DNA of 64,000 nucleotides from Vicugna vicugna. Its lineage: Eukaryota. Location: contig MU058844.1 in the NCBI GenBank assembly GCA_013265495.1, forward strand, positions 10,624,184-10,688,183, given 5' to 3'. The notes below the pieces were generated by a model. It worked only from the letters and a program-made list of their open reading frames with translations. It had not been told where the DNA came from and made no database searches. Below are positions 24,001 to 38,337 of the stretch, one piece after another. Position numbers and translations under genes: made by a program. Within the stretch, counting starts at the first letter, position 1; the number at the start of each line of letters is the position of its first letter.

Positions 24001-27000
24001 CTATGATTTGAGAGCATTTGGTTTGGAAGCACAGGGTTGGTTCCCAGTGGCCTCTGAAGCATGTGAAAGTGTCACCTAAATGTGGAGCAGCAGTAACAAT
24101 ATTTACTGTTAAACTCACAAGAACAGAGATCATGTACCTCTTAAACTTACCACTTTTTAAATGATCTGCATTTTGGGGGGACAAATAGGAAAGAATACAA
24201 GTTGAAATAGATGAACCATAAAAGATACTCCAAACAGATGCAGCCTTTTACAAGTAAGGAAATACGTCATCTCAGAGGCTTTTCATAGAAAGGAGAAGGC
24301 ACAGAGGATGATGTCAGTGAGCAGTTTGCATGTAGGGGGAGAGGAGTCCTTAGTTGTCGCCATCTCAGGATATGTGGGAAGGATTTCCGCCTGAAACTCC
24401 TGGAGAGATTTGAGCTTCCCACGGACCAGTCTCCGTTTAGGTGGACAGAACCCGCACTGAGGAAGGGACCATTCGCATTCTCAGTCCTGAGGCCAAGCGC
24501 GAATGGTTTTACGTGGAGAGGAGGAGCCCTGAAGTGTTTCCTTCAAGAACACTGGCAGGCGGGGATGCCGAGAGGGCAGGGGCCGCGGGCCCTGGCCGGT
24601 CGGCATGCCCGGGGCCGGGCAGGAACCATCCACTGCGCTCCCCGTGTCATGCTCCTGCCTCTGCTTCCTGCCCTTGCCCCAAGCACTCTGACTGACGGCT
24701 GGGCAAGCGGCTTCCTGCTGCACTTAGAGGAGATCACACGATGTCTCCAGCATTACCTTCCTGCAGGAATGACACATGATGAGCTGGGTTTTGCTCCGAG
24801 TTACTTAAGTGCTAGCCCTGGGCACTGAATTCATTACGAGGATCTGAAAGGAGGTTGGAGCCTTGTGTTCATGTACTGGGTTTCTCCCTGAAATCATCCC
24901 CCGGTGACTTAGACAGGACATCCTGGCTTATCTCGGAATCCAACTGAAGGTAGCAAACAGCCTCAATCAGCCTTGTTGACATAAAACTGCATCTCATTCT
25001 TTTGCTAACATCAGGCTCAGCACCATGGGTGATGGAGTAACAGTTCCTGGGATACACAGCTTCCTTTCCTCTCACCGCATCAAAAAAGGAAGGCAGAAAA
25101 AAAATCCAAACTGCACGCTTGCTGTTTAAAATAGGCACCCTTCTGACCCTGATGAATTCTTCAGGAAAAACCCCTCTTCATTTGTTAAAGGTCATCACAG
25201 ACACACGCTGTGTTCTTTCTGAAAGTGAATTACCAGAGTCTTTTATACATGGCTGGGACAATTTCTGACTCCAATCCTAGGAATTGGCATGTAGCCCCTG
25301 CTTCACATCAGAATTTAAAAATAAGTAGTAACTGACATGGACTTTAGACTAAGGCAAAGCATTGATTTAAATGTCGGTTCGTTATGTCCCTTAAGTGATT
25401 TCAGGTAGTTTCTTAGCCTCCGTCAGGCTGTTTTCTCACCCACAAATTTGGCTTAATAATAACTATAACACAAGTTTGCAACATGAAATTGACCTATTGT
25501 ATTTCATTATTTCAGATTTAAATTAAATTTGTGATTTGTTTTCCCTCCCAAGGGAGCTGATCAGCAATTAATATGACAAAATTTGGAAATTTCTGAAAAG
25601 CAACCATAAACCAGTAGGTGGAGGTGGCTGGGTTTGTGGGGGTGGTGGTGAGACTTTGCAGAAACGATCTAAGAGAGACGGTACCGATGGAGGAAACCGG
25701 GTCTAGTACCAACAAGGTTTTGAAAGTCACGATGGACAGTGACAACAGGCACTGCTCACTTCTCACTTCATAAAGGTTCATTATCCCACTAAATTGAGAC
25801 CTAACATAAAAAGTGTTTAAACATTTGGCTAAGGTATATGTGACACTGATTGAGAGAATTCATATAAAGATGACATGAAAATCTCCAGGCAGGGATGATA
25901 TAAGGTTATTCTTCAAAATAGTAAACATTTGGATTTGAAGAATGGATACACTGGAGACGCAGTGCCGGCCATGTAGTAATCCTCTGGTTTTGTATGATGT
26001 AGCTCATGCGTTTTCTCTCCCTCTTTCTCTCATGAGAGGTAGAATACTGAAATGTAAATCTAGGAGGTTGGTCAGTGCTGTATTTCAGATTGTAGTGCTT
26101 CATAAAGCAGTCATCTCTTTTTGTCAGATTCACTGCTCTTGAGACATTACTCTGGTAGAGACAAAAGTGGGGAGATTCTGCAGAGCTCCATGTCAGATCT
26201 TCTGCAGAGGGGCTAATAAGGAGCTTCTCCCATTGCTTTATGATATGCAGGGGCTTAGGAAGCTCTAAGCAGAAAAAGATGCTTTGTTTTACAGAGAATT
26301 TTCTCTTATATCTAAGTATACCTAATGAAACACTGTCTGGAGAACATGACAATGTTTCACTGGTCTTTGGTATTGTAGGAATCAGTACAAGGTGAGGGAT
26401 CTGACTCCGTGATCATCATGAGATCCAGTATAAGGAAAGGGGATGAGAGAGATGGAAGCAATTTCTTCCTCCTGCCAGGAATGGGCAATATAACAGGGTG
26501 GAGTAAATCAGAAGATGGGGACTAGAGAGACTTGGGAACACAAACTGGTGAATGCGATGTGGGAATCTTTCACAGGTGGATCTATGGGCCACAAAGACTG
26601 AGCTGGAAAGCGTGGGGGGCAGCTAAGAGGGTTGAGAATAGGGAAAGGCAATGAATGGAGGTAGGCTGCTGCAGCCCTCCCTCGGCACCGTGTGGTGGTG
26701 GCGTTGGAGCTGAGAGAACAGAAATACGGGAAAAAACAAAGTACAGAAGGCGTGCGGTGTGGGCGTGTGTTCGCAGACTAGAACATCACCCCTAGTGTGG
26801 GCCCGATAGCCTCTTTTGCTATTACGGGTGATCCCTTATGATGGATGATGACTCTCTGGAGTCCAACCCACTCTGAAGTTCAGCCCTCCCATGGGCTGGG
26901 CAGCCTTGTGCTACTCGGGTTTCTCTTCTGCGTCTGTTACTTGGGGAAACTCCTGGCACCTACCCCAGAGTGTCACTGTGGGGAATAAACGAGCTGGCGC

Positions 27001-28254
27001 ACTTAGCACAGGGTCCGGCTCACGGAAAAACTCACGTGATGTGAGTTTCAACAAAGTTACAGGCAACTTTGTGCTCTCTCTGATTTTTTCAGCTCACAGG
27101 GCTTTGAAAATACTGACCACCAAAAAGAAAAAGATAACATTCTCTCCCCTCCACCTCTAAAATTAGGCAATCCTGCTGTGACAGTCAGGTCCATAGCCTT
27201 TCTGTCCTCGTCAAATGTGGCCTCAGTATAAACAAAGCATCAGTATGAGAGTGCTTGGAAGACCAGTGACCTCGAAGAGAAACATCTGTCTCTCTGCAGA
27301 TTCGAAGTTAAACACTGATGTTGATTTTTTTGTTTTTCAACCAGGCAAGCATTTCGAAGGCTGCTATCCTCAATCCCTCTTCATGATTGAGGCTGTCCAA
27401 AAATATGTTCAAAAATCAACAGCTAAAACTCCAGACTCTTTACCTATTTTAATATTCTAATCTCACTCGATTTTCACCTGTTGACACTGAGATACAATTA
27501 AGAACAGACAACTCCTGACCTGATGCTAATTCCTAAAAGACGTCCCCCACCCTCCTCCACCTCGCTGTCTGTAAACACTAGCAGAAAGAGAAAAATTCAG
27601 GGAAGCGCCTTGTCAGAATATTGATTTATACATGTAGAGATAACGTCTTAAAATGAAAAGGGGTTGGTTCACTTTGGGTAAACCACTTCTCACTGCATTC
27701 CAAAAGGTCTGCAGCTTTGAGGATGAGAAGAATTGACTAGAAGTGTTTTCTAAACAAACAAGAAGATTTTTCCCTTCTTAGAGGATTGTCTGTGGGACCT
27801 TTTGCTTCCCTCACAACTTCTCACCTCTACCATCTCGTGTTCTCTGAAGTCCAGAATACTGTTCTTGTGTACAATTACATTCCACATAGAAAAGTGCTGA
27901 CTGAGAAGGAACTTTGAGGAAGGATGCTGAAAGGAGGGGCTGACTCTAGGAGGGAAGTCATCACCTCACAGCACACTGGCCTCTAAGCAGTTGGAAGGGA
28001 CAGGATAGGTAGGTGGTTTGTCTTCAGCTGGGTCTACTGTGCTCTGGGTTCTTCTACTGCCCGATGCTCTCATGTGTTTTCCAAGCCTGGAAGTTTCTGT
28101 ATCATCAAAATTGTATGGCTGTGTCTTCTGAACCCTTAGGCTGTCTCAATCTGATCACTAAAGGATCTAAGTCTAGTGGTCATAACAATGCTTTTGTACC
28201 TGGCAAGGAAATAAGAGTTCTGATCAGTGCTGGTCATTAAAAAAAAAAAAAAGA

Positions 28255-28455
28255 CCTAATATTTATTGAGAATTCATTAGGTGCTAAGTATCGTTCTCAA
28301 TGCTTTCAATGAATTATCTCCTTTAGAGCGTATCCCCCCACCTCCTTTAGAGGTGGGGGATGTTAGCCCCGTTTTACAGAGGGGCTAAGTAACAAGCCGA
28401 AGGGCACGAGGCTGAGTCCAGGGCCAGAGCTTTTATCGACTTGCAGTTCTTCCCA
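28255..28455 (-). mobile_element. MIR SINE (antisense)
   Basis: ctaatatttattgag...gtgctaagtatcgttct...ccccgttttacaga...ctaagtaacaagccgaagggcac. Confidence 0.65.
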
Positions 28456-31400
28456 CCATTAAATTATAGTCGACTAAGCTTAATGGGTCTGTCTATCTTC
28501 ACCACTTTTTCTCTAGAATCTAGTATGGTTCCTGGCTCAGAAAAGAGGCTTAATAATATATCCTGACTAAATGGAAGAAGGAAGGGACACAATCCATTTG
28601 CAGTATCTAAGGCCTCCTGTTCATAGTTGGAAAGCACTGTAGCCATGTGTAAAGCAAGCAGGTTTGCGTGTGTGTCTGTGTGCTTCCTCTTTCATCCTTT
28701 AATTACTTAAGTTCTTGCTTATCAGCAAGTCCGCCTTCTTCTCCCTTACTCTGTAGTACAAACAGTACAGCTCAGCTGCTGACATTTCATCTTCTTGCCG
28801 AGTAACAGAATGTAATGGATTAAAGATATCCCAACGCAAACATTTGGCCGCTCAAAGCGAGGTAGGAGTAAAACAGAAGGTGAAAACTTTTAATTGGAAG
28901 AAGTCACAAACAAGATTAAAAAAAAAATTGTTCTTAAGCAGACAATGACCTCACCAGAAAAACATGACATTGCAAAAGATCCAATGGGTGGGATTGGAGG
29001 ACAGGACCGCACGAGACATCCTCCTGCCTTGATGACACTGCTTCCCAGCCAAAGCCCTCCTCGCTGTCCCAGCGATGAGGACCAGGTGTAGGCAAGATAA
29101 TCTTCTCTGTACCATCTTTCTTCTGCTCTCTTGGTTTTCTGTCTGTTCCTATTTCAACTGCCACTCCTCACTTTCTGCTCCTCTGATCTGTATTCATGAA
29201 ATCCATGCTTCCAAATCACTTCGCTCTGCTTGACTGAAAATTCAACTGAAGACTCTAACTCTTTATTCTTTGAATAAAAAGAAAAACTAACACCTACACT
29301 AGTTTCTATTAAAACAGGTTTCCTTGGCACTATATGTGTCAGAAATTAGATCTGCCGATGATTTTTCCCATGGTGGCCCATTTGAGAGATGGTGTAATGA
29401 TGTTAATGCTCAAAACATTTTGGTCAGAGTCAGAATATAAGTCTGACAAGAATATCCACCTCGTTACTTCACCACGGCAACTAAAGCTATTGTACTCAAG
29501 CTGATCATCCCTGCATGGTCCGTTCTGGGAAACAGCTCCTGGCCATTTCAATAAAGCTTACATTTTAAAGACAAAGACAAACCATTATTGAGGACAGAGA
29601 GAAGAATGGATTGTATATTCAGGAAGACTACGGGAGAGAAGGGCTGGAATTCACAATATTTGGGGGGACCCCAGAGGCACTACAGATGGAGTAATTTGGG
29701 ATCCTTCAAAGATGACTTCTTTGAGGGCGGTATGACTCATGACGCATGTTTGTTAAAGAAAACTTTTATGTGATTTTACTTTGTCCAACCAGTTCACTTG
29801 AAAATATTTATTTAAGCACAACGGGTGTTCCAGGCACTGGGGATAAGAAGATAAACAAGATAGGCAACCTCCTTGCGTTAACTGAGCGTCAGTCAACTAA
29901 GTAACAGTACGGCGGAGTAAAGAGAGAACTCCTTCGGGAATCAGACTTGCTCTGAATTTTCATTCTGGTGCTTATTTTCTGGGTGGCACTAGGCCAATTC
30001 CATTTTCTAACACATGAGATAGGAATACAGAGAGTTACCCCACAGGACTGCTCCAAGGATTACCTGAGACGGTGGGAGAAAAGCCCCAAGGTGGGCCTGG
30101 CTTTCAGACTCCAGCTCTTGTCCTTGGGAAGAACCAGTTTCACAAGCTTTATTTAGTGTCCCGAGTCTAGGTTCATCAGTCTGACATGGTAAGGGACAAA
30201 CTGTCACTGAGCGACTTCGCTCAATCTTATTTCTCAGGATATCTGTTCAGACTTTGACTGCGCTCTTCCCTGGGCCTGTCATGGGCAGTCTTAGTCCTGT
30301 CAATTGGCTGTTGTCCATCTCTTGGCTTTTACCGTCTGGAAGGCATCCTCAGCTTCTTCCTGCCTATTCAAATTCTACTCAGGTTTAAAGACTAGCTCAC
30401 TTTTTTCAACTCTCCCATAGATACCCCTCCCAACCCTGCCGTCCATGTCTCTTCTTTTTGCTTAAAACAGACGGTGCATTTTAATTGAGATTCTTACTTG
30501 GCTCTTTGTGAAGCTGCTTTTGTTATTTTGCATCATGAGGTTTTGCTCCTATTATTGACCATTTCCCATACGTGAATCTTAATCTTCCATTTTTACGCAT
30601 TTTTCAGTGGTAATTTCACAGATACTCAATACGTTTTGAGTAAATGAATGAGAATTTACATTCTATTTAATAACAATTTTTTTTAAATGGAAAGCAAAAT
30701 CCCTCTGTCTTCATTAAATTCATCAGCACTCACAAGTGAGTAACAACACATTTGTGTTAGTGAGTACCTTTGAATTTCAGGGCTCTGTATCCTGGGCAGG
30801 GATTTATGCTGAGTATTTATGAAATATAGTGAAGAAGACAAAAGTGCCACAGCTACTTACTGTTGTTTTTTCTTGTGCTATATTACAGTGGCAATATATT
30901 ATTATATTTAAGGTGAAAAATATAAATATATAGATTTTAGTCAGTTGCATGTTGTCAAAGCAGAATGACCAGGTTTTAGGATTCCAAAATAAACAAGCCA
31001 AAGCTGAGGAAAACTGATTTGTATCATTTTTGTTTTTTGTTTTGTACTTAAGTGGAGTGTATAGCTACACTTTGAGTTTGAAAAGACTGGGAGGGACTGC
31101 TCAGAGAAGATGGGATGGTGAAGTAGAAAGAGCATGGGCTTCAGGCTGGTGTTGGAATTTTAGCTCTGGCCTTGGCTGTGTGAAGTTGGACAAACTACTA
31201 AACTACTTAGACTTTTCTGGGCTTCAGGTTTGTTCCTCACCCCCCGCCCCCCACCATTTTGTAAAACAGATTCAACCTGCCAATTTTAAAGAACGTTGTG
31301 AGAATTATTTTTGTTGGCACACAGTAGACGCTCAATAAGTGGCAGCTTTGTAAGAATTATTTGTGCCTATAACTTAGGTAGAGAAGTTAAGGATAAGCTT

Positions 31401-31673
31401 TAATAAGATGAATTTTGGAAAGAAGGGAGCTGGGCTGGGAACACAGGCCTTTGGGCGATTACAGTTGGACAAGGGAGGGCGATGCAGCGGGCTGGGTTAT
31501 CACAATGGGGGAACGATGGAAGGTCATCAGAGGGCATTTTGAAAATGTATATTAATTGGTTCCAATTAATTCCAAGGAGAATTCCAAGAAAACGAACAAA
31601 ATCTAAGTTTATTGTATCTACAATATTTGTGGCTAAATGTATATTAATTTGCTAGGGAATTCACAATAAAATG

Positions 31674-32124
31674 TGTCAACTAAATGTCACTTGCTATCTG
31701 CAGAGTCATTAGCCACTGCAGTCGCTGACCTTTAACATACCCTGAAAGGAGTCTGGGGTGCAGGTCAGGAATGAAGCACTCTGTGCTCTGGGAAAACTGG
31801 CAGAACAGATCTTGAGATAGTTAAGATATTTTCCAGAGAAAATTTGACAAACTCAAATTCTTGCACAGACCCATACATAAAAAAGCACTAAAACTACTAA
31901 CTAAGCTATCTGTTCCTCTTGGCTAGCAGTCACCTACCACCGAGACGTGTGTCTGACTGCACGTACCCCTCGCCAGAATCACATATACTGACCTCCCCCT
32001 CTTGTATTTTCGGAGCGGTTTCTCAGAGCTCTGAGAGGCTGTCTCCTGGGCTATAGTGCTCAGTGAGTCCTCATAAAACTGAAAATCACAGTCCTTACAC
32101 TGTGACTTTTGACTTTGGTTGACA
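31674..32124 (+). mobile_element. Solo ERV LTR (ERV1-like), 451 bp
   Basis: Starts TGTCAACTAAA and ends TTTGGTTGACA (TG...CA, 10/11 inverted terminal match); 4-bp flanks aatg/aata; GC content higher than the AT-rich flanks. Orientation is inferred from resemblance to recalled LTRs. Confidence 0.75.
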
Positions 32125-35100
32125 AATAATATGTAATTGTCCTTTAGAATCTCAGTGAAGTGAGAATTTGGTTTTATCCATTTGTGCCTGAAAAGTCTTT
32201 TTAACTAGAAAGGCGATCAAATGACAGTCCTACATACTAGAGGAATATTACCAATTACTTGCTCTTTCCTATGGTGTTTTTAGAAACCTCATCAGGAAGC
32301 AAACAGCATTTATTATGCATAGAGATAGTTATAATTGGTGATTGAAATTCGGACCAAGGATGCAGATGTAAGTGAATCATAGCTGTGGCCAAAGACGTAT
32401 GGCCAAAGATGTATCAACAAATCAAATGCAACTCTGTATCTATACTTGTTTAAAGGGAAATGATTATGTTCCAAGTACCACAGAATGGACACATAGATAC
32501 TCAGCACACTAAAATAGATCATGGTCTATATATAAGACAATTCAATATTACATCATACCAATTACATTATAAATCTGCCTAGCAACAAATATTCTTAGAT
32601 ACAATAAGCTTGGATTTTGTTCATATTCTTGGAATTCTCCTGGGAACTGATTCTTTTTTATTTCCCTCTGGGTAAATTTCCATGTTGCTAGCAGAGACTT
32701 AAATCAGAGCTTTAACTAAATCTTAACTTTAAATAAAAGTTAAATTAAGCTGAGCCACAAGCTCTCTGTGCATCATGGAACAGGATAAAAAGATGATAGA
32801 GAGGAAAGAAATACTGAATAAGCACTGACCCCCCCCACAAAAAAAATTAGTGAAAGAAACTCATTAATTTTCATGACCATCAGCAAAAACAGTAACAGTG
32901 ATTTTGCTAAGCATCAAACTGCCTCTCTTTTATAGAAAAAGACCAAAAAGGTAAAAAGGGTACTGAGCCATTTTCATTGTTGGGTGCTAAGATGTTTTGT
33001 TGACAGTTTTTCAGAAGACTTTAGACTTCATCTGTAAAGTGAGTGACAATTACTGTAACCTGGACTTTGAAATGGGAGTTTTGAAACATCTCTCACAGTA
33101 CAGTGAACACCTCTACCCCACACACTGATTCGAAAATACTTTTGTACACCTACTGTGCGCTTGCCTCTGTGATCAACCTTGCTTTCAGAATTGGGAACAA
33201 CAGACAGGGCTGCTCACGGTGCAGGGGGAAAGGCAGACGTGAACAAGTGAACAGATGCAAGTAAATACACCCTCCTAGAATGCAGTGGGTCACAACGAGA
33301 GCTCGCTGCATTTCTCTAATGCGGTGAATTGTGCATGACAAGGAAGACTGTTACTGGCATCCATATTACAAGTCCCCGCAGTTACCCTTAACCTTTTATA
33401 AGGATTCCCATTCAGGGCATTGATTTTGTTGTGCGGAGATTCTTGGAAGGTATGAGTTACCATTTGACAGCTAAGTATACTTAGAAACTAACAAAAAAGA
33501 AACGGCATCAGTTCTTTTGATCCTTGGACAGAAGAGATGCCATAAGGAAGAATGACTTTAACCCATTCGAAAGAAGTACCAAGTAATGGATGATCAGAAA
33601 CAAACAAACAAAAAAACAAACAAGGAAACCTGGGCTTTTTGACTGAATATGTATCCTCCAAATGCTTTTCTGTGAAGTCAATGTTTTTCTAATTAGGCTT
33701 AAAAATGGGAAATTTTCTTGCAAAATTGATTTTCTATTAAGGCACTAAAGCAGTTTCTCTTCCCTTCTGCTTGGGTACTAATTAAATTATGTCCCAACTT
33801 GTTTTAATTCAGCAATCAATTTTTCCTCCATTTGTACTAGATCACAGAATCTCATTTAAAAATCGCTCTTTAATGAATTCTGCACAAAGGAGAGGTGATG
33901 GATGCTCTCTGATGGAGACAGAATAGTACTGGTCGAGTCAGGAGACAGACTCGAAAAAACAAAAAAGGGATTCGGTTGTATTCTGGTGGTATATTTCTTA
34001 GGCTGCTTTGAGAGAGAAGAAATAGTAGTGAAAGGCATGGGGGTGAAAACTCAGGAACAAAATGCTAAGAGAAGAAGGGTCTAAATGCTTCGAAGATCTA
34101 CTTGACACTGGGGCACAGGACCGAGACACTTTCTACAATGATCATAAATAAAATTTATTAAAAGAAGATAGAATCTTAGTTATTGATTGTAACATCTGAA
34201 GGAATTAAGTGAGAATACTGAGTGGATTGGCTTCAGGTTTGATTTGTGGGGAGCATAAATAAATATTTCTTGATTCCGATGAAGAAAATTTCAAAAATCC
34301 ACCAGGCAGACTAAGGCTGCACATATTAGAAGCCTTTTGCAAATGGAAGAACTGTATATGCTGATAATAAAGGATGCTCTTTGAAGCTTTCCCATGAAGA
34401 AGGGGAAAATTAAGAAATAAGATATCTAACCATCTCTCAAAACTCAAAGGATTTCTGTTTTAAAGAAACAGGACGGATAGAGAGATGTAGCTGGCTTGTG
34501 AGCTCAGGATCCATCTTCATCTCTTGGGAGGTGGAAGGGGAGAGGGTGACCAGCCGTGCAACATAAGAAAAGTCAAATGAACCTGAACTAGGCAGGTGGA
34601 CTTGACTGTGTTAATTAGAGAAGCGTTATCAAGTCAGAAGGGAAACCTCAGCAGAGAGGTTTTCACGAGGGACTAGAATCTAACAATGGGAGTTGTGTGT
34701 TTGCTGGGGTGCTTCTGGATAATTTATCTCTTCAACACCCTCTGTATTTTAAGCATGTGCTCAGTTAACTTTCAGATAAGGCTGCTTCCCATTTTTTCCC
34801 CAAATTGCTTGCATATTAATCACTAAAATAACACGTAATTCTTTACCTGACATAATTAACACATAATTCTTTAACTTACATAATTGCTTCATCATCTTAT
34901 GACTTTTATATATTTTAACTTTCAACAACAAAGCCCTGCCCTGTTCTATCACAGACCCAGGGTTGGATCTGAGTGGGCTGGATTTAACCCGTATGAATCC
35001 AAGTCTCCCTGAACAGACTACTGTGATAAGTGGTTCAGTATTTAGATTCCAGAGCTGTTTCTTGAATGCCTTTTTCTCAGTTTCTTTGGTACGTTTCGCT

Positions 35101-37757
35101 CATTATGACATTAAAAATAAGATTTAACATTTTAGAGGAAAGCAAAACAAAAATCCTCAACAAAATTGCTCATATAAAGAGGAAGAACATTTCTTTAAAA
35201 TCATGAGAACTAAAGTCAATCTAAGACTTCAGATGATTTGTACAGCTATAATTTTCTCCAGTTAATGAACAGTGGCATGAAAAAAGAGCACAGATCAGTG
35301 AGAATAAGTAATTCTTTAGATTTAAATGTGACCGGAATCTTACTTTATCTATTATGAGAAAGTTTGTATCTGAATCTAGTCATCCGGAGATACTTTGTAA
35401 GCTAGACATCTGTTTCATGAGATTTCCTACATCACAAGAAAAGGCGGCAGTCACTCAGTTGAACACCAAAAATTATTATTCCCAAGTAGATCTCAAAGAG
35501 GAAAGATTCCAGAGTTTAAAAATGTAGTTAAAATGTAGTCTCATTAAAAACTTCTACAGACGTTCAGTAAGTACAACGGTGGTGAGAAAAAGAATAGAGA
35601 AATACAGAAAGAGGAAAAAGAGCAGAACAGAGAGGGAGACGAATGCACAAGAAAGAAAAAACAAAAAAGTAGATTGGTCAAGAAGAGAGACTGGGTGACC
35701 TCTTGCTAATGGGACAGACACACATGGCAGCTTCCATGCTAGGCATTTGGTACACTATCCTACTTAATCTGTAGGATAAGGGGTAGGTCATGTTAGAGCA
35801 CTCTCTAGGTGAAAAAAAAAACCTCTGAATTTTAGAGAGCGTAAGTGATTTGTCCAAGGTCTCTGACTTAGTCAATGGATCAGTCAGGACTGAAACCCAG
35901 GAGTGTCGGATCTTAAAGGTAAGACGTTTCCCAGAAACCAGTCTCGCTGGCAATGAGCAAGGCAAAGATGGGGGTGAGGGAGGAACATGAGACAGCACTA
36001 AGCCCCATGAAAGCAGGAGCAGTGTCCATTCTCACCACTTTCTTTCTTTTTTTTTTAACACCTGGCACAATTCCAGGAATATGGCACCATATATGAAATA
36101 TTTGCATACTGAATCTTTGTGAATGAGTTGAGTGACAAAGATCTTAGATAGGGAGAGAAGACACGGAAGAAGAAAGAAACAGAAGAAAGAAAGAGAGCAA
36201 GGCAGGGGGTGAGAACAAAAATGTGATTTTATTTTTGAGGGGGGAGGGCAGTCTACCTAAACTGTTAGATTCTAGAAAGTCAAATCTGTCCACTTAGTGT
36301 CAAGTCTCAGACTCTGCCCATAGAGGAAACTACCCAATGGCTTGCATTTCCTAACTCAGGCAAAAATGTTTACCAACTTTGTAGAAACCCAGCAGGGTGT
36401 GGTAGTGGAATCCATGCAACTTGATAGTGACCAGCTAGTAGAGGCGAGGGATGTGAGCCATGGACCCTGGACAGGTGGGCAGTGTGAGGCACAAGTCAGC
36501 CATGTCTGGATACTCAACCAAAAAGCCAACCAATAATCAGTCAGTTAACAAAGACCCATCAGTTAATAAATACCTGTTATGGCCCCACTTTACGCCCCCG
36601 CCCCCAGCCACAAGGAATTTACACGGAGTCAGATACTTCTATAAAAGATAAAAATTCAATGAAACAGCTCACGACTTTGTTAAATGATTAGAAGCATGGT
36701 GATCAAATGATTAAACATTTCTTTTCATACAGATGTTGGATTTAATATTGATATTACTTACTCACAGGGAAGAACTAGTCATAAAAGTCATAAAATTTAA
36801 AAACTCAATATCTTATTCTTAGGTGGTTCTATCCACAGAGAGGCTAAATCTATTTCCCTACCGAAGAATCTAATTTTGAGTAACCTATTTGGTTAAGTAA
36901 TGGATATTTCCTTCCCACAAAAAAAGCAGAGCTTAACTCAAATAATTCTGCTTCCTTTTGTACAACCAAGTCATAACTGTACAGCACTAGTAAAATTCAA
37001 GTTCAGGGCAGTAATAAACATATCTGTTCTAAAACCTCACTTCGTAGTAATGGCCACAGGGAACCTTACGTTTCTCAGGTAATGGTCTTGGTTGAGGTTC
37101 TCTGCAGTCTCGGGGTACTCTCTGATTTCCCTGGTGGCCCAAAGTGACCACACCTGACAGAATCCTAGGGCTCTAGGAATCTTAAATGATGGAGGCTGTT
37201 GGCAAATTCTTGGGTCATTAAAAACCCATGTCAGGACTTAAAAAAAAATAAAGGCTGGAAAAGGAGTTGCTAATTTTAGGGATTCAGAGAAACTAAGAGG
37301 AGTTTGCTTTTCTGGTATCGGCCTGTTGATACATAAGCACAGAAAAACGCCAGTGTCAGGCTGGCATGGAATAATCAAATAGAATTCGTTATGATGTAGT
37401 TTAGATGCACTAAGGATATTGAACATCCCCTTTTAAAATCACAGAAAAACCCTGGGCTAAACTACTATAACTGGGGAAAAACAATGTGAAGAGGACTATA
37501 AAAATGTGAGTCATTAAAAACAAATAGATTTCAGATCAGCCTTTGTGAATTTCATTTGATGTCTCACCCATCATGCTCTTGTATCTTTAGCAGAAACAAT
37601 GAACTATCCGTGATATGCAGAAATAATCAAGGAAAAAAATGCCATTTCATTTCTATTTAAGAGCTACATAACCCATGTAGAAAACATAACTTTTTTTTTT
37701 GTGGAAAAATACAAAAAATAAGATGACTTTTCACTGTCCATTTAAAGAAGTAGAGGG

Positions 37758-37780
37758 GTGTGTGTGTGTGTGCGCGCGCA
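37758..37780. repeat. (GT)n(GC)n alternating purine-pyrimidine tract
   Basis: gtgtgtgtgtgtgtgcgcgcgca. Confidence 0.9.
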
Positions 37781-37989
37781 TCTCTCCAAGGAATTATCTA
37801 TAGACCTGCACAGGTCTCTCTCTTTTCTTTCAAACAAGACCCAGAAGACCTGTGTACTTTTACCAAGGTTACACAGTCCCCTAACCCTCTCTGGCCAGCT
37901 ATCAGCCGCTGGAGGCCCAGTCATCCTTTGTAAAGAGCATCTCTCAGTAGGTTATTATGTGGGTAGTAACTGGCGAGTACAGCTTGTCA

Positions 37990-38337
<348 letters not shown>

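Noticed and set aside
31551..31570. Palindrome attaattgg-tt-ccaattaat
   Set aside because: Short AT-rich inverted repeat; plausible by chance in 64 kb.
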